From an uncultured archaeon (GTDB lineage: Archaea; Aenigmatarchaeota; Aenigmatarchaeia; QMZP01; JACQNV01): a stretch of DNA of 64,000 bases. Positions within the stretch are counted from its first letter, which is position 1. Each line of letters opens with the position of its first letter. Location of the stretch: assembly GCA_964410585.1 (NCBI GenBank), contig CAYPFW010000002.1, positions 128,001 through 192,000 of the forward strand, in the 5' to 3' direction. Shown here in pieces: positions 37,606-47,845 of this stretch. Both the position numbers and the translations under genes were made by a program. A model generated the notes under the pieces. That model was not told the origin of the DNA, searched no databases, and saw only the letters and a program-made list of their open reading frames with translations.

Positions 37606-37992
37606 ATGGCTAAATGCCATAAATCATCCACAAACACCAGCGAAATGCTGTCTAACTTGTTGGAAGTTGCTCAGCAACTGAAAGACAAGTATGTGATTGT
37701 GGAAGGTAAAAGAGACGAAGAGGTTCTTAGAAGCCTCGGTGTCAAAAATACAATAAAGATAGCTCAGGGGAATATTCACGAAATTCCATTCACGCTTAAT
37801 AGCAATAAAGAAATTGTCATACTTACAGACTTTGACAGGGCAGGCAGAAAGCTTGCATCAAGGGCTAACAATATCTTTAAAGCGCACAGACTCAAAGTAA
37901 ATTCGCATTTGCGAAAACGATTTATGAGTTTGGGCAAAACAAGAGTGGAAGATTTTCGAACTATTTCTCAGCAACTATCTACGAAAATTTAG
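37606..37992 (+). CDS. Small TOPRIM-domain protein
   Basis: VIVEGKRD, ILTDFDRAG. Confidence 0.88.
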   Translation: MAKCHKSSTNTSEMLSNLLEVAQQLKDKYVIVEGKRDEEVLRSLGVKNTIKIAQGNIHEIPFTLNSNKEIVILTDFDRAGRKLASRANNIFKAHRLKVNSHLRKRFMSLGKTRVEDFRTISQQLSTKI

Positions 37993-38023
37993 TGGAATCG
38001 CAGATTCCCTAAGGAGAGAATTT

Positions 38024-39337
38024 ATGTCTAAGTTAGCACCAAGTTCAACAAAATATATAGTCAGAGCTTCAATAAAAGCAAAGGGTGTTGTTGAAAAACC
38101 CGATGTAATTGGAGCAATTTTTGGTCAAACAGAAGGCCTTTTAGGCTCTGATCTAAATCTAAGGGAACTTCAAAGAACAGGAAAAATTGGAAGAATTGAA
38201 GTCAACGTAAAATCAATAAAAGGAAACTCAGAAGGGGAAATAATCATACCTACATCTTTGAGTTCAGCTGAGACTTCTTTGATCGCAGCAACTTTGGAAA
38301 CAATTGAGAGGATTGGTCCATGCACAGCTACAATCAAGCTTTTGAAAGTAGACGATGCAATGGAAAATAAAAGAAAATTTGTAGTTGATAAAGCAAAACA
38401 AATTCTTCAAGGTTTAGTTGAAACATCAACTTTGGATGTCGATGAAATTTCTGAACAGATAAAAGAATCTGTAAGAACACATGAAATCACATCATACCAA
38501 GGCCTTCCAGCAGGACCAGGAATAGCTGAATCTGATAATATTTTAATTGTCGAGGGTCGTGCAGATGTTTTGAACCTTTTGAAATTTGGAATAAAAAATG
38601 CAATAGCAATTGAAGGAACATCTGTTCCGCCGCAAATTGTTGCACTTGCAAAAGAAAAGGAAACAACTGCACTTACAGACGGCGACAGAGGCGGAATCCT
38701 GATAATAAAAGAGCTAATGCAAGTCGCTGAAATAGATTATGTTGCTCAAGCTCCTGCAGGAAAAGAAGTAGAAGAATCAACAAAAAAAGAAATCTACAAA
38801 GCAATAAGAGACAGGATACCAGCAGAGCAATTCAAAGGCGAGCTTTTGAACCTACCAGACAAAAAACCAAAAGTTGAGCCAGTACAAACATATTTCAAAG
38901 CTCCAGAAACAATGAGAGCAGAGCATCCAATTGCTGTTCAAACATCTGGCTCTGGAAGATATGAAAAAAGAACCTATTCAGAAAAGCCAGTTAGAGGAAG
39001 GACAACAAAAACAGCGCCTCAACCAACAATAAGACGAACAAACCTAAAACCAGACCAAAAAGACCTTTTCAAAAAAACACTAGAAGAGCTTGTTGGAACA
39101 AGAGCTGCATGCATATTCAACGACAAAAACGAGCTTTTGGGAAAAGTTCCTGTATCAGAGCTCGAAAATGTCATCAGAACAATAGATGATCCATATTGTA
39201 TAGTTTTCGATGGAAAAGTAGACTTCAAAATGGACTTCATCGCCAAAAAGAAAAATACAATCAAATACCTAATTGGTATGGAGAAAGATAGGATACTTTC
39301 ACCGATTAATATACTTAGCAGGGAAGATTTGAATTAA
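38024..39337 (+). CDS. dnaG: Archaeal DnaG primase (exosome-associated)
   Basis: GVVEKPDVIGAIFGQTEGLLG, VEGRADV, DGDRGG. Confidence 0.96.
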   Translation: MSKLAPSSTKYIVRASIKAKGVVEKPDVIGAIFGQTEGLLGSDLNLRELQRTGKIGRIEVNVKSIKGNSEGEIIIPTSLSSAETSLIAATLETIERIGPCTATIKLLKVDDAMENKRKFVVDKAKQILQGLVETSTLDVDEISEQIKESVRTHEITSYQGLPAGPGIAESDNILIVEGRADVLNLLKFGIKNAIAIEGTSVPPQIVALAKEKETTALTDGDRGGILIIKELMQVAEIDYVAQAPAGKEVEESTKKEIYKAIRDRIPAEQFKGELLNLPDKKPKVEPVQTYFKAPETMRAEHPIAVQTSGSGRYEKRTYSEKPVRGRTTKTAPQPTIRRTNLKPDQKDLFKKTLEELVGTRAACIFNDKNELLGKVPVSELENVIRTIDDPYCIVFDGKVDFKMDFIAKKKNTIKYLIGMEKDRILSPINILSREDLN

Positions 39338-39345
39338 TCTTTCCC

Positions 39346-39735
39346 TTAATTTATTTTTATCTGTCCTCTCAAGGGAATTAACTCAATTTCTCCTTTGTAG
39401 AGTTGGATAGTTCCTACAATTTCTACCTTTGCGCCATTTTTTAGTTGGCTCAAATCAAATCCAGAAAGCTCTAATTGTTCTAAAGTATCTTCCCAAAAAA
39501 CAACTTTTATAGAAGAATTTTCAGCTTTTAGATCAAAGGAAGTTGTCTTTCCGCTTTTGAAATTTGAGATTTCTCCAGATGTTTTCAAAACCTTGTTAAC
39601 CAAGGAATTGTCTATTTTTTGAACAGGAACAAACTCGTAGTTTAGATTAAGAGCCAATATATACAAGGCTATAATTCCTACAGCAGATCCAACTGCAGAA
39701 ATTTTCATCAGCTGTTTTTCATGCATTTCAATCAC
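39346..39735 (-). CDS. Membrane-anchored OB-fold protein
   Basis: N-terminal TM; IKVVFW and VEIVG.I.LYKGEIE OB pattern. Confidence 0.7.
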   Translation of the reverse strand: MIEMHEKQLMKISAVGSAVGIIALYILALNLNYEFVPVQKIDNSLVNKVLKTSGEISNFKSGKTTSFDLKAENSSIKVVFWEDTLEQLELSGFDLSQLKNGAKVEIVGTIQLYKGEIELIPLRGQIKIN

Positions 39736-40279
39736 CTAGTTCAAAGATTTTGTAATCCGAATACATCGGCCCTTTTGGGGAAAGCTTGCTTTGTTTTAAA
39801 GCTATTTTATCCACAGTAAATTTCCCGAAATCCAAATTCTTCAACTCTTCTAACTTTTCCAAAAATCTTTTTTTATCTTCCACATTTCTAGGCCTTGCAA
39901 TTGTCAAATGAGGATGAAAATCAAATTCATCTTTCCTTATATAACTCAATTCATCTTCTAATTTTTTTGAAATCTCTACAAGTTCTTCCTTCCCTTCCTC
40001 GCACCCTATCCAAACAACTCGAATAAAGTTTGGTGAGCCAAAATATCCAACACCTTTTGCATGGATTTGGAATTTTTTCAAACTTTTACAAACACCTTTT
40101 ACCTTTTTTACAACATTTTCAACTTCCCCTTCATCAACTTCGCCTAAAAACTTCAATGTATAGTGAAGATTTTCCTTCTCAACATACTTAACATCAGCCA
40201 AACTCTCTACTTGTTTCTCGATTTCAAGAATTTTTTCTTTCAAAACTTCTGGTATATCAACTGCAATAAAAAGGCGCAT
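39728..40279 (-). CDS. thpR: RNA 2',3'-cyclic phosphodiesterase (2H family)
   Basis: MRLFIAVD, HYTLKFLG, PHLTIAR. Confidence 0.93.
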   Translation of the reverse strand: MRLFIAVDIPEVLKEKILEIEKQVESLADVKYVEKENLHYTLKFLGEVDEGEVENVVKKVKGVCKSLKKFQIHAKGVGYFGSPNFIRVVWIGCEEGKEELVEISKKLEDELSYIRKDEFDFHPHLTIARPRNVEDKKRFLEKLEELKNLDFGKFTVDKIALKQSKLSPKGPMYSDYKIFELGD

Positions 40280-40310
40280 ATAATAAATTGTATTGAACAT
40301 TTAATATCTG

Positions 40311-40461
40311 CATACCGTTTCTTTTTGGGTACGATATACTTTTCTTGTAACAATTGAATTTCAAATGTAGTTCTTTTGGGATACTTTAGACATTTTCTAT
40401 TTATTGGTAAACTTTTGATTAAGCTTTTCTTAAAAGCTTACTTTCTAAAAGAAAGGAGTAG
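40311..40461 (-). repeat. Cluster of partial R1 copies upstream of thpR
   Basis: AAGAAAAGTATATCGTACCCAAAAAGAAACGG, ATCCCAAAAGAACTAC and CTACTCCTTTCTTTTAGAAAG on the minus strand. Confidence 0.65.
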
Positions 40462-40687
40462 ATAACTGTGTTATCCTTGCTTACTATACGTGTTTTGGAA
40501 AATTTTCGAAAAAGTTTTCACTGGAAAATAATTTTTTTTCAACTTTCAGAAAAAAACTATTTAAATACAGTTCTCATCTTTTCATATTAAAACTTTTTTA
40601 ATTTTTTTAGATATGTCCGCGATAAGGAATTAGAAACCGACAAAGCCGGTTTCCAGTTGATGTCGCGGATTCTGTGTGGGGGCAAAT

Positions 40688-41704
40688 ATGAGTTTTGATG
40701 GGGTTCCATATTCAAGGTTCAGCTGGAATTCCAATCCATTTTCTTTTCAAATTTTGCCTCAGACATTTACTGGTTATGAAAAAGAAGTTGCTGATTTAGT
40801 CTCAGGACTAAAAAATGGCACAAAATTCTCACTTGTTTCGGGCCCAACGGGCTGTGGAAAAACAGCGCTTTTGAAGTATCTTACAACAAAGTTCTCTTCA
40901 CAAGAACACATAATCTATCTTCCCAAACCACCAAAAGATCCAAAGGATTTGATTGAAATATTCCAAACCAACCTGAAGAAAACAGTTTGGGAAAAAATGA
41001 GAAAAAGCAAACTAAACCTTTACAATTTAACAGAATATGCAAACAAAAAGCTGAAAAGCAAAAAGTGCATCCTGTTCATAGACGAGGCACATGAAGCTTC
41101 TATGGAAACATTGGAATGGATGAGGTCACTTGCTGACCAAATAACCAATCTTTCTGTTGTTTTTGCTGGCCTCCCAATTTTAGACAACCTATTAAAAGAA
41201 AGGCTGGAAAGTTTCGGAAAAAGAGTTTCTTTAAAATTCGAGCTGAGCCCTTTAGACAAGTCACAAACAGCTGACTTAATTAAAAAAAGAATACAAAGCG
41301 TCGGCGGCTCTGATATAAGCCCATTCACAATGGATTCGATTAAGTATATCCATGAAAAATCAGGGGGTAGGCCTAGAGATATCCTAAAACTCTGCGATGA
41401 GACAATTAAAAGTGCAATACAAAAAAACACAAGTTTGATAGATACTCAATTTATCTCAGAAACCTCTCACCAAGAAGCCCAAATTGCCCTTCCAGAAAAA
41501 CAAAAAACCATACTCGAACTGCTTTCTCAAAGCAGCCTAACACCAGCAGAAATTGTGTCAAAAATAGATATGTCAAAATACAAAAGTAGAGAGCATGGAG
41601 TCAGATCAGTGAACAATTTGCTGCAAAGATTGATGAAGGAGAACCTTGTTTCTAGGAAAAAATACGGAAAAGCATACAAATACAATCTTGCTTCTAAAAT
41701 CTAA
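40688..41704 (+). CDS. AAA+ ATPase (ExeA-like) with C-terminal wHTH
   Basis: NPFS, GPTGCGKT, FIDEAH, SGGRPRDI, C-terminal wHTH. Confidence 0.8.
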   Translation: MSFDGVPYSRFSWNSNPFSFQILPQTFTGYEKEVADLVSGLKNGTKFSLVSGPTGCGKTALLKYLTTKFSSQEHIIYLPKPPKDPKDLIEIFQTNLKKTVWEKMRKSKLNLYNLTEYANKKLKSKKCILFIDEAHEASMETLEWMRSLADQITNLSVVFAGLPILDNLLKERLESFGKRVSLKFELSPLDKSQTADLIKKRIQSVGGSDISPFTMDSIKYIHEKSGGRPRDILKLCDETIKSAIQKNTSLIDTQFISETSHQEAQIALPEKQKTILELLSQSSLTPAEIVSKIDMSKYKSREHGVRSVNNLLQRLMKENLVSRKKYGKAYKYNLASKI

Positions 41705-41776
41705 AGCTCTAAAAGCATTTAAATTTGCAAAACCATCTATATACATAATTCTAACATTTAGTTAGGGGGTTTATTT

Positions 41777-42034
41777 ATGGAAAGAGTAAGAAGCAGAGAA
41801 CTGGTTGGCAAAGTTTTGGTTTCTAACGAGAGCGGAAGAAAATTCGGCGTTGTTGGCGACCTAGATTTTATAACAGAATCTGGAGAATTGATCAACATGG
41901 TGCTTGTTGAACCAACAAGACATGCATCTGACCTAAAACTTCAGCAAGATGACAAAGGAAGGACTTTGGTGCCATTTTCATCTGTCAAATCTGTTGGCGA
42001 CTTTGTAATCATTTCTGAAAGAGAAATCGTGTAG
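41777..42034 (+). CDS. PRC-barrel protein (CdpB-like)
   Basis: LVGK.V...SG..FG.V.D, VPFSSVKSVGDFVII. Confidence 0.88.
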   Translation: MERVRSRELVGKVLVSNESGRKFGVVGDLDFITESGELINMVLVEPTRHASDLKLQQDDKGRTLVPFSSVKSVGDFVIISEREIV

Positions 42035-42106
42035 CACTTTTTCTTTTCTACACAATTTATCCAAAAGAAAACCTGCACTAAAAGAAACACGCAATTGGCT
42101 TCAGAA
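42035..42106 (+). repeat. Dispersed repeat family R2, copy 2
   Basis: Near-identical core to 37074-37143. Confidence 0.8.
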
Positions 42107-42404
42107 AAATATAGAACTAGTCTGTTTCTTTAGTTTTATTTCCAAATATAAGTCTAACCACTAATTCTTTTCATGATTTTGCAAAGAGCTTTTAGGGTTC
42201 CAGTAGAGGAAAGACCCTATGAAGCCTGCTCTTGATAGAATATATTCTGAGGCACAAAATCCTGTAGAAATAGATCACATGTATAACGAAATCACTATAA
42301 ATGATCTCGAGAAATCCTTAGCTGAGTTTGGTCAAGTTTTACAACCCTAGAATTTAATAGCTCTTTGAAAAAAACTAATAGAGGCTGGTTTCCCAGCTCT
42401 CAAT

Positions 42405-43355
42405 CTATTTCGATTCCTTATCGTCTCTTATTCCTTCAGCAACGACTTTGAAAATAGCTTCGCCTTCTGGAAGAGATGGAGAATCAATTAACCTTGCAAT
42501 TCTTTTCTCACCTTTGCTTTTTCTCATGTACAATCTATATGTAGCTTGGTGGCCAACAATATGCCCTCCAATTGCAACAGTTGGGTCGCCGAAAAGCACG
42601 TCTGGCCTTGACATAACCTGGTTTGTCACATAGACAGAAAGGTTGTAAACATCAGAAAGCCTTTGCAATTTGTGCATATGCCTGTTTAGTTTTTGTTGCC
42701 TGTTAGCGAGTGTACCTCTTCCTGTATAGTCTGACCTAAAATGGGAAGTAAGAGAATCAACAATTATTAATCTTATATTTTCTTTTTTGATGATGTCTTC
42801 TGCTTTTTCAGCAAGTATAACCTGATGATCAGAATTGTATGCCCTTGCAACAAAAACATTTGCCAAAGCCTCTTCTGCATTCAGTCCTGCAGCCTCTGCA
42901 ATTTGTGCAAGTCTTTCTGGTCTAAATGTTGACTCGGTATCTATGAAAATAACCTTTCCATCCAATCCTCCTTTCTCTTTTGGAAGTTGAACATTTACAG
43001 CTAGCTGGAGACCTAGCTGTGTTTTTGAGGAACCAAAAGCTCCATGTGCTTCTGTTATTGCCTGTGTTTCCACACCACCACCGAGCAAATCATCCAATGC
43101 TTTTGAGCCTGTTGTGATTTTTCCTATCTGTTCTCTTTTTTGCAAAACTTTTGTTGCAGGTTCAAAACCCATTTCTAATTTATCCCTTGCAGCAGCAATT
43201 ATTTTTGCTGCTGTTTCTTCACCTATCTCAGCTGCCCCGGCAAGTTCGCCTGCAGAAGCAGCGGCTATTGACATCAAATCAGAATAACCAGAATCCTTCA
43301 GCTTCTCAGCTGTTTTTTCCCCAACACCGGGTAAATCGACTAAATCGTTTGACAT
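42405..43355 (-). CDS. radA: DNA repair and recombination protein RadA
   Basis: N-terminal Hh[32 protein letters not shown]. Confidence 0.97.
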   Translation of the reverse strand: MSNDLVDLPGVGEKTAEKLKDSGYSDLMSIAAASAGELAGAAEIGEETAAKIIAAARDKLEMGFEPATKVLQKREQIGKITTGSKALDDLLGGGVETQAITEAHGAFGSSKTQLGLQLAVNVQLPKEKGGLDGKVIFIDTESTFRPERLAQIAEAAGLNAEEALANVFVARAYNSDHQVILAEKAEDIIKKENIRLIIVDSLTSHFRSDYTGRGTLANRQQKLNRHMHKLQRLSDVYNLSVYVTNQVMSRPDVLFGDPTVAIGGHIVGHQATYRLYMRKSKGEKRIARLIDSPSLPEGEAIFKVVAEGIRDDKESK

Positions 43356-43465
43356 AGTTATACACTCCCTTTGTTTAATGTTTATAGAAGCCGATAATTT
43401 GCCTCTTGTACACAATTAGAGCCAAGGTTTAAATACCTAACCAGAGGAGCTTTCCAATTTTCCAA

Positions 43466-43720
43466 TTATTTAAATTCCCTATAATTGTGTTTTCTTTTCA
43501 AAATAGTTAAAATCTCAATTGTTTGATCATGATTGTCAATTTTGTAAATAATTCTGAAATCGCCAATATGTATAGACCAATAAGGGTGTCCCACAAGCCT
43601 TTTTCCTAAAAGAGGCCTAAACTCAAGTTGTTGAACTTTTTTGTCTATTTGCTTTTGAGTACTTGGCTCTAGTTTTCCAAGTTCTTCCTCGTAGTCTTTA
43701 CTGAAAATAAGTTTAAACAT
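43466..43720 (-). CDS. RelE/ParE family toxin
   Basis: P.LGK.L, IGDFRIIY.ID, R...Y. Confidence 0.88.
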   Translation of the reverse strand: MFKLIFSKDYEEELGKLEPSTQKQIDKKVQQLEFRPLLGKRLVGHPYWSIHIGDFRIIYKIDNHDQTIEILTILKRKHNYREFK

Positions 43721-43909
43721 TTAGTTCCTTAGCTCTGGATGCCTAGAATAAAAATCTTCTTTTGACATTTTTACTGATTTTTCTGCGCGTTTTATTTTGT
43801 CAAGGTCCTGTTCTGTTAACTGTTCTTCCTCTACAATATCCTCTAGTATTTCAGCTGTGTGTTTTAGTTTTTTGTACTCTTTCAATGGTATTGTTACTGT
43901 TTTTTGCAT
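43721..43909 (-). CDS. Putative antitoxin
   Basis: VTIPLKEYKKL, acidic helical 62 aa, directly upstream of relE. Confidence 0.7.
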   Translation of the reverse strand: MQKTVTIPLKEYKKLKHTAEILEDIVEEEQLTEQDLDKIKRAEKSVKMSKEDFYSRHPELRN

Positions 43910-43969
43910 ATAATATTATTTTGTTCTACTGCTTAAATATGTGATCAGAGGAGCTTTCCAATTTTCCAA

Positions 43970-44917
43970 TTAATTTCTATGACGGCGATTTCTATGTATC
44001 TTAGCAGCTCTCCAATTTCCCATCACTCTTGGTTTTAGAGGGTCTTCCCTTGTTTGAGAAGTATCAAGACTCACCATCATATCTCCCATATATCCCATCC
44101 AGTGAACAGAAACTGCAGATTGCGGGTTTGTTAAAGCTGCCTGTATATCCCTGGCATGAAGACCATTTAATTTTCCTGGTTCACTCAAACAATCCCCTAA
44201 TAATCCAAATAGTTCTATTGGTATTGCCCTGTCAGCAGAATATACTCTAACACACTGTCCTCTATCGACTGATTCCAAAATAGCATGAGCAACAAGCATT
44301 TCGTCGACTCCTTTTGTTGTGCCTTCTAATCCATATCTTTTTCTATTATCTAACAAATATCTCTGCAAGGCTCTGTGTTTATCTGTTGGTTTTCTGACTC
44401 CCCTAGATTCAAATGTAGTTAAAATAGAATTCACGCCTTCAACAAGACCCCTAACATACTCTGTTTGATATTCTAAAAGACTTTTTATTCTTCTCCATAG
44501 TCTCATATCCATTTGTGCAGGTTTTGTTTCATCTAAAAATTCAGAGAGTTTAAGTTCAGCATATGCAATTGATCTCCGCATTTCCTCTCTTACTTCTTCT
44601 GTTATAACAGCTTTTCCATAGTTCCTACAAAATCTAGAAAAGTCTTGCCTGTATACTCTAGCCATCTCTTCAACACCATCTATAATACTAATGCGTGTAT
44701 CTGTATCTGTTGGTTCAATATCATGGAAATCTACAGTTGACTCAAATGCACTAAAAAGCGATCCTCTTCTCTGAGATTCGTAAATCTTGCTTCCTGTTGG
44801 TGGGTATAGAGAATTTGTATCCACAAAAACACTTGCTATATTTCTTGTATCTCCATTTCCTCTGAGCCTTCCAAACGCATATCTAATGCTATCTGAGCAT
44901 GGAAAATTGATCATCAC
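43970..44917 (-). CDS. Hypothetical protein, PIN-like acidic motifs
   Basis: VFVDTNSL, ITEEVREE, VDEML, YSAD spacing resembles PIN catalytic residues. Confidence 0.5.
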   Translation of the reverse strand: MMINFPCSDSIRYAFGRLRGNGDTRNIASVFVDTNSLYPPTGSKIYESQRRGSLFSAFESTVDFHDIEPTDTDTRISIIDGVEEMARVYRQDFSRFCRNYGKAVITEEVREEMRRSIAYAELKLSEFLDETKPAQMDMRLWRRIKSLLEYQTEYVRGLVEGVNSILTTFESRGVRKPTDKHRALQRYLLDNRKRYGLEGTTKGVDEMLVAHAILESVDRGQCVRVYSADRAIPIELFGLLGDCLSEPGKLNGLHARDIQAALTNPQSAVSVHWMGYMGDMMVSLDTSQTREDPLKPRVMGNWRAAKIHRNRRHRN

Positions 44918-45049
44918 AATATTTATCAGAAAGTTTTAAATCTGTGAAAATTTTGACTGTTTGACAAAATAATTCTAGTTAGAATTTCCAGAAATTTATA
45001 TCCAATGGAAATTGAAGAAAGCTTAATCCGCGTGTCCGATTTTACAAAA

Positions 45050-45997
45050 TTAATTAGCTATGTTCTTTGGAGACCCTTTCAAAAAATTCTCGATATTAGA
45101 AACGAAAATTTCCTGCTTTGCTATTCTTGCCTCTTTTGTTGAATATGCAATTGGTGGATAGATTATACAGTTTTTGTGATTAGAAAGTTTTTTCAAATCC
45201 TCTTGTTTTGTCTCATCAGAATGATCTAGAATGAAGGTTATATCGTTGTTGCCAAGCCTTTTGTCTAAAGCAGAAATATCTACTAACTCCATTGGTGCAG
45301 TGTTAACAACGACTGCTCCTTTTTTGAGGTTGTGTATCCTTTTTTCGTTCAAAAAGTTTTCAGTATCTTTTGTTTGGGCAAAGTTTAAAGAAAGAAAATC
45401 AGATTTTGAAATTAATGTGTCTGCATCTTCGTATTTTATTCCTTTGGCCTCAAGTTCTTTTTTCCTGCTTTTAGACCAATACCTAACGTCTGCACCAAAA
45501 CCCAAAGCAATTTCTGCAACCCTACTTCCAATATTTCCCAATCCAAGTATTCCAAAAACCTTATTTTTAATTTCTATTGAAGAAAATCCTGATCCAGAAT
45601 AATCACCATCTGTTGCTTTTTTTCTTCCTCTTTCTAAATCCCTGATAATATCTAAAATGGCAGCAATTGTAAATTCTGAAACAGCTTCAGTACTATATCC
45701 GGGTATGTTGCAAACAACAATATTTTTCTTCTTTGCGTAATCAACATCAACCTTTCCATATGCTGTTGCCAGAACTCCGACGTATTTTAGGTGTTGTGCA
45801 GAATCAATAGTTTCTTTGTCAGCAGTTATGCCAAAACCAGTAAGTAGGCAATCTGTATCTACTAGATGTTTTTTAATTTCTGTGCTATCCTTTGGAAGAG
45901 AAACTCTTTTTTCAGCAAAGGAATCTACTTTTTTCCAAAATTCTGGATCAAGGCTAGCTTCTCCAATGCCAACTGTGAGAATTTTTTTGAATTTCAT
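45050..45997 (-). CDS. D-isomer-specific 2-hydroxyacid dehydrogenase family
   Basis: PGYSTEAVSE, GILGLGNIG, VVNTA. Confidence 0.88.
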   Translation of the reverse strand: MKFKKILTVGIGEASLDPEFWKKVDSFAEKRVSLPKDSTEIKKHLVDTDCLLTGFGITADKETIDSAQHLKYVGVLATAYGKVDVDYAKKKNIVVCNIPGYSTEAVSEFTIAAILDIIRDLERGRKKATDGDYSGSGFSSIEIKNKVFGILGLGNIGSRVAEIALGFGADVRYWSKSRKKELEAKGIKYEDADTLISKSDFLSLNFAQTKDTENFLNEKRIHNLKKGAVVVNTAPMELVDISALDKRLGNNDITFILDHSDETKQEDLKKLSNHKNCIIYPPIAYSTKEARIAKQEIFVSNIENFLKGSPKNIAN

Positions 45998-46079
45998 ATT
46001 TGATCAAATTGTTTTTCTTTTTTATAAAGCAAAATAGAATCCATATAAGACATTTAAGACTTGCAGCTTCTATTTCATT

Positions 46080-46457
46080 ATGGTAAATCTAGTAACAAGA
46101 GCCGAATTTGTAAGATTTTTGAGCCGAGAAGGTTTCGAATGTCCCACAGGAAAAGTCAATAGAGAATTTCGAAAAGAATATGCTCCTGGAATTGGAATTG
46201 AAGTTGGTTTGATTGATGGAGCTCCAATATACGAATTGGCAGCGTACATAGATTGCAACCAACTTTTCCGAAGCCTAAGGTTTCCAAGCATACTCTACGT
46301 TGGAGAAGTATACAAAGCAGTAAATGCTGTTGTTAGTTCTGATGGTCAGAATTATGATTTGGATGGGTTTAAAGAATTGTGTGTAGAAAAGCAAAAAGAT
46401 TTGAGCGAGGAACTAAAAATTATAAGGGCGCTTAATCCACATTTTGATGATTTGTGA
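46080..46457 (+). CDS. Hypothetical protein
   Basis: 125 aa ORF with upstream TATA. Confidence 0.6.
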   Translation: MVNLVTRAEFVRFLSREGFECPTGKVNREFRKEYAPGIGIEVGLIDGAPIYELAAYIDCNQLFRSLRFPSILYVGEVYKAVNAVVSSDGQNYDLDGFKELCVEKQKDLSEELKIIRALNPHFDDL

Positions 46458-46465
46458 ATTGTGTT

Positions 46466-47452
46466 TTAATTTTTCATTTCTTCCAAAAGTTTTTCGCACT
46501 CTCTTTTAACATCCACAGACTCAACCTCAGATGCTATAAACTCTTTCTCATTTGAATATGAATTTTTCCTGACTCTTCCTTTGACAATCAAATCTTTTCC
46601 TAGGCCTTTGAACTCTTTGTAGATGTCATCGATTCTTTTTCTCTGCAGCTCTTCTGTTTTCTTCCCGAAAACTTTTTCAGCAAGCTCCTTGAAAAACACA
46701 ATCCTGATATTTTCTGAACCGTCGTCCAAAACACCGCTTAAAATTAAATTATATTTTGGCTCAACTTCCCCATGGACAGCGCACCCAAACTTGTCATCAT
46801 TTTTTTCAACTTTCCCATTACAATCAGGACAAGTTGCATACAAAGGATCCCTGTTGAAAACACTTACAAGGCAGCCCCTTATTTCAGCAAAGCCGTTCTC
46901 TTCTAAATCTGCAATTTCCATTCTTTTGAAAGAAACAGAAGGTTTGTCAATTTTCATGTCAATGCTTTTCTCAGCTTTTGAAACAGATCCATTTTTCCCC
47001 AAGCTCAGCTCAGGCCCGTTCAAACCTTCTTTCACCCAAGCATTTATTATTTTTATTGCATCACCTTCATCTAATCCAAGTTTTTGTATGAGATCCAATT
47101 GATCGTTCCAAAATGTGAGTCTTGTTGTCCCTGTTTCATCACCAACAATCATTGTAAGAACCTGTCCTTTTTTTCCGTCTTTTTCAAATGTCCTTTTTTC
47201 AAAAATCCTCCCTATCTTCACAACAAGCTCGCTGTTTCTCATTCCCGGGACAATGTTTTTTATTTTAAGGTCTCTTTTACCTTCTTTTATCAAATCAATA
47301 CCAAGCTCTCTTCCAACAATATATGCAGCACCTTCTTTCGAAACCAAACCAGAGAGCTCATCCTGTTTTTCTTCGATTAATTTTTCTAACTCTGTTCTCT
47401 CCATTTGTTTTTCTGCAATTATTTTTTCAACAATTTCATCAAACGAAAACAT
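46466..47452 (-). CDS. rpa: Replication protein A (OB folds plus zinc finger)
   Basis: GLVSKEGAAYIV, GDETG..RLTFW, CPDC...C..HG, LDDGSENIR. Confidence 0.9.
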   Translation of the reverse strand: MFSFDEIVEKIIAEKQMERTELEKLIEEKQDELSGLVSKEGAAYIVGRELGIDLIKEGKRDLKIKNIVPGMRNSELVVKIGRIFEKRTFEKDGKKGQVLTMIVGDETGTTRLTFWNDQLDLIQKLGLDEGDAIKIINAWVKEGLNGPELSLGKNGSVSKAEKSIDMKIDKPSVSFKRMEIADLEENGFAEIRGCLVSVFNRDPLYATCPDCNGKVEKNDDKFGCAVHGEVEPKYNLILSGVLDDGSENIRIVFFKELAEKVFGKKTEELQRKRIDDIYKEFKGLGKDLIVKGRVRKNSYSNEKEFIASEVESVDVKRECEKLLEEMKN

Positions 47453-47454
47453 GC

Positions 47455-47539
47455 GCTATCCCTTTTTCTTTCAAAAAGAAAAAAGTATACCGTACCCAAA
47501 AAAGAAACGGTTTACAAATACACTCTTTCCAAAAGAAGG
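47455..47539 (+). repeat. R1 copy (long form) upstream of rpa
   Basis: Collinear over ~80 nt with tRNA-Lys intron 1, including AAACGGT.TACA..TACACTCT. Confidence 0.8.
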
Positions 47540-47845
47540 AATTCACCCGCCTATTATAGTATATGTATAATAATATAGAAGAAATAAAAGCTTACCTTCC
47601 TAACAAAACCCAAAAGAATTTAATGCTTGGTTCTATTTGTATGTTGGTTTTGATGGGTTTTTTGATCATTTTTGCTAAACAACCGCTTCTCAGAACAGCC
47701 GTATAGGCGATAGATATTTAAACCTATCGCCATATGAGCAGAAAGCTTATAAAACTTACATATAATAAATCTATCAACCAGTTGTTACTAACAAGGAAAA
47801 ATAATATTTATGGAGAAATCCATTGGTCAAAATTTAGGAGGAAAT

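Larger units (their letters stand above)
43442..43972. mobile_element. TA cassette bounded by identical 27 bp direct repeats
   Basis: CAGAGGAGCTTTCCAATTTTCCAATTA at 43442-43468 and 43946-43972. Confidence 0.6.

Noticed and set aside
40490-41704. Replication origin with orc1/cdc6 (AT-rich tract, TTTTCACTGGAAAA)
   Set aside because: The ATPase looks ExeA-like rather than Cdc6; only isolated imperfect ORB-like words (also TCCAATGGAAAT at 45001) with no G-string
42219-42350. 43 aa ORF MKPALDRIY...
   Set aside because: No recognisable motif or clear promoter; possibly a gene fragment
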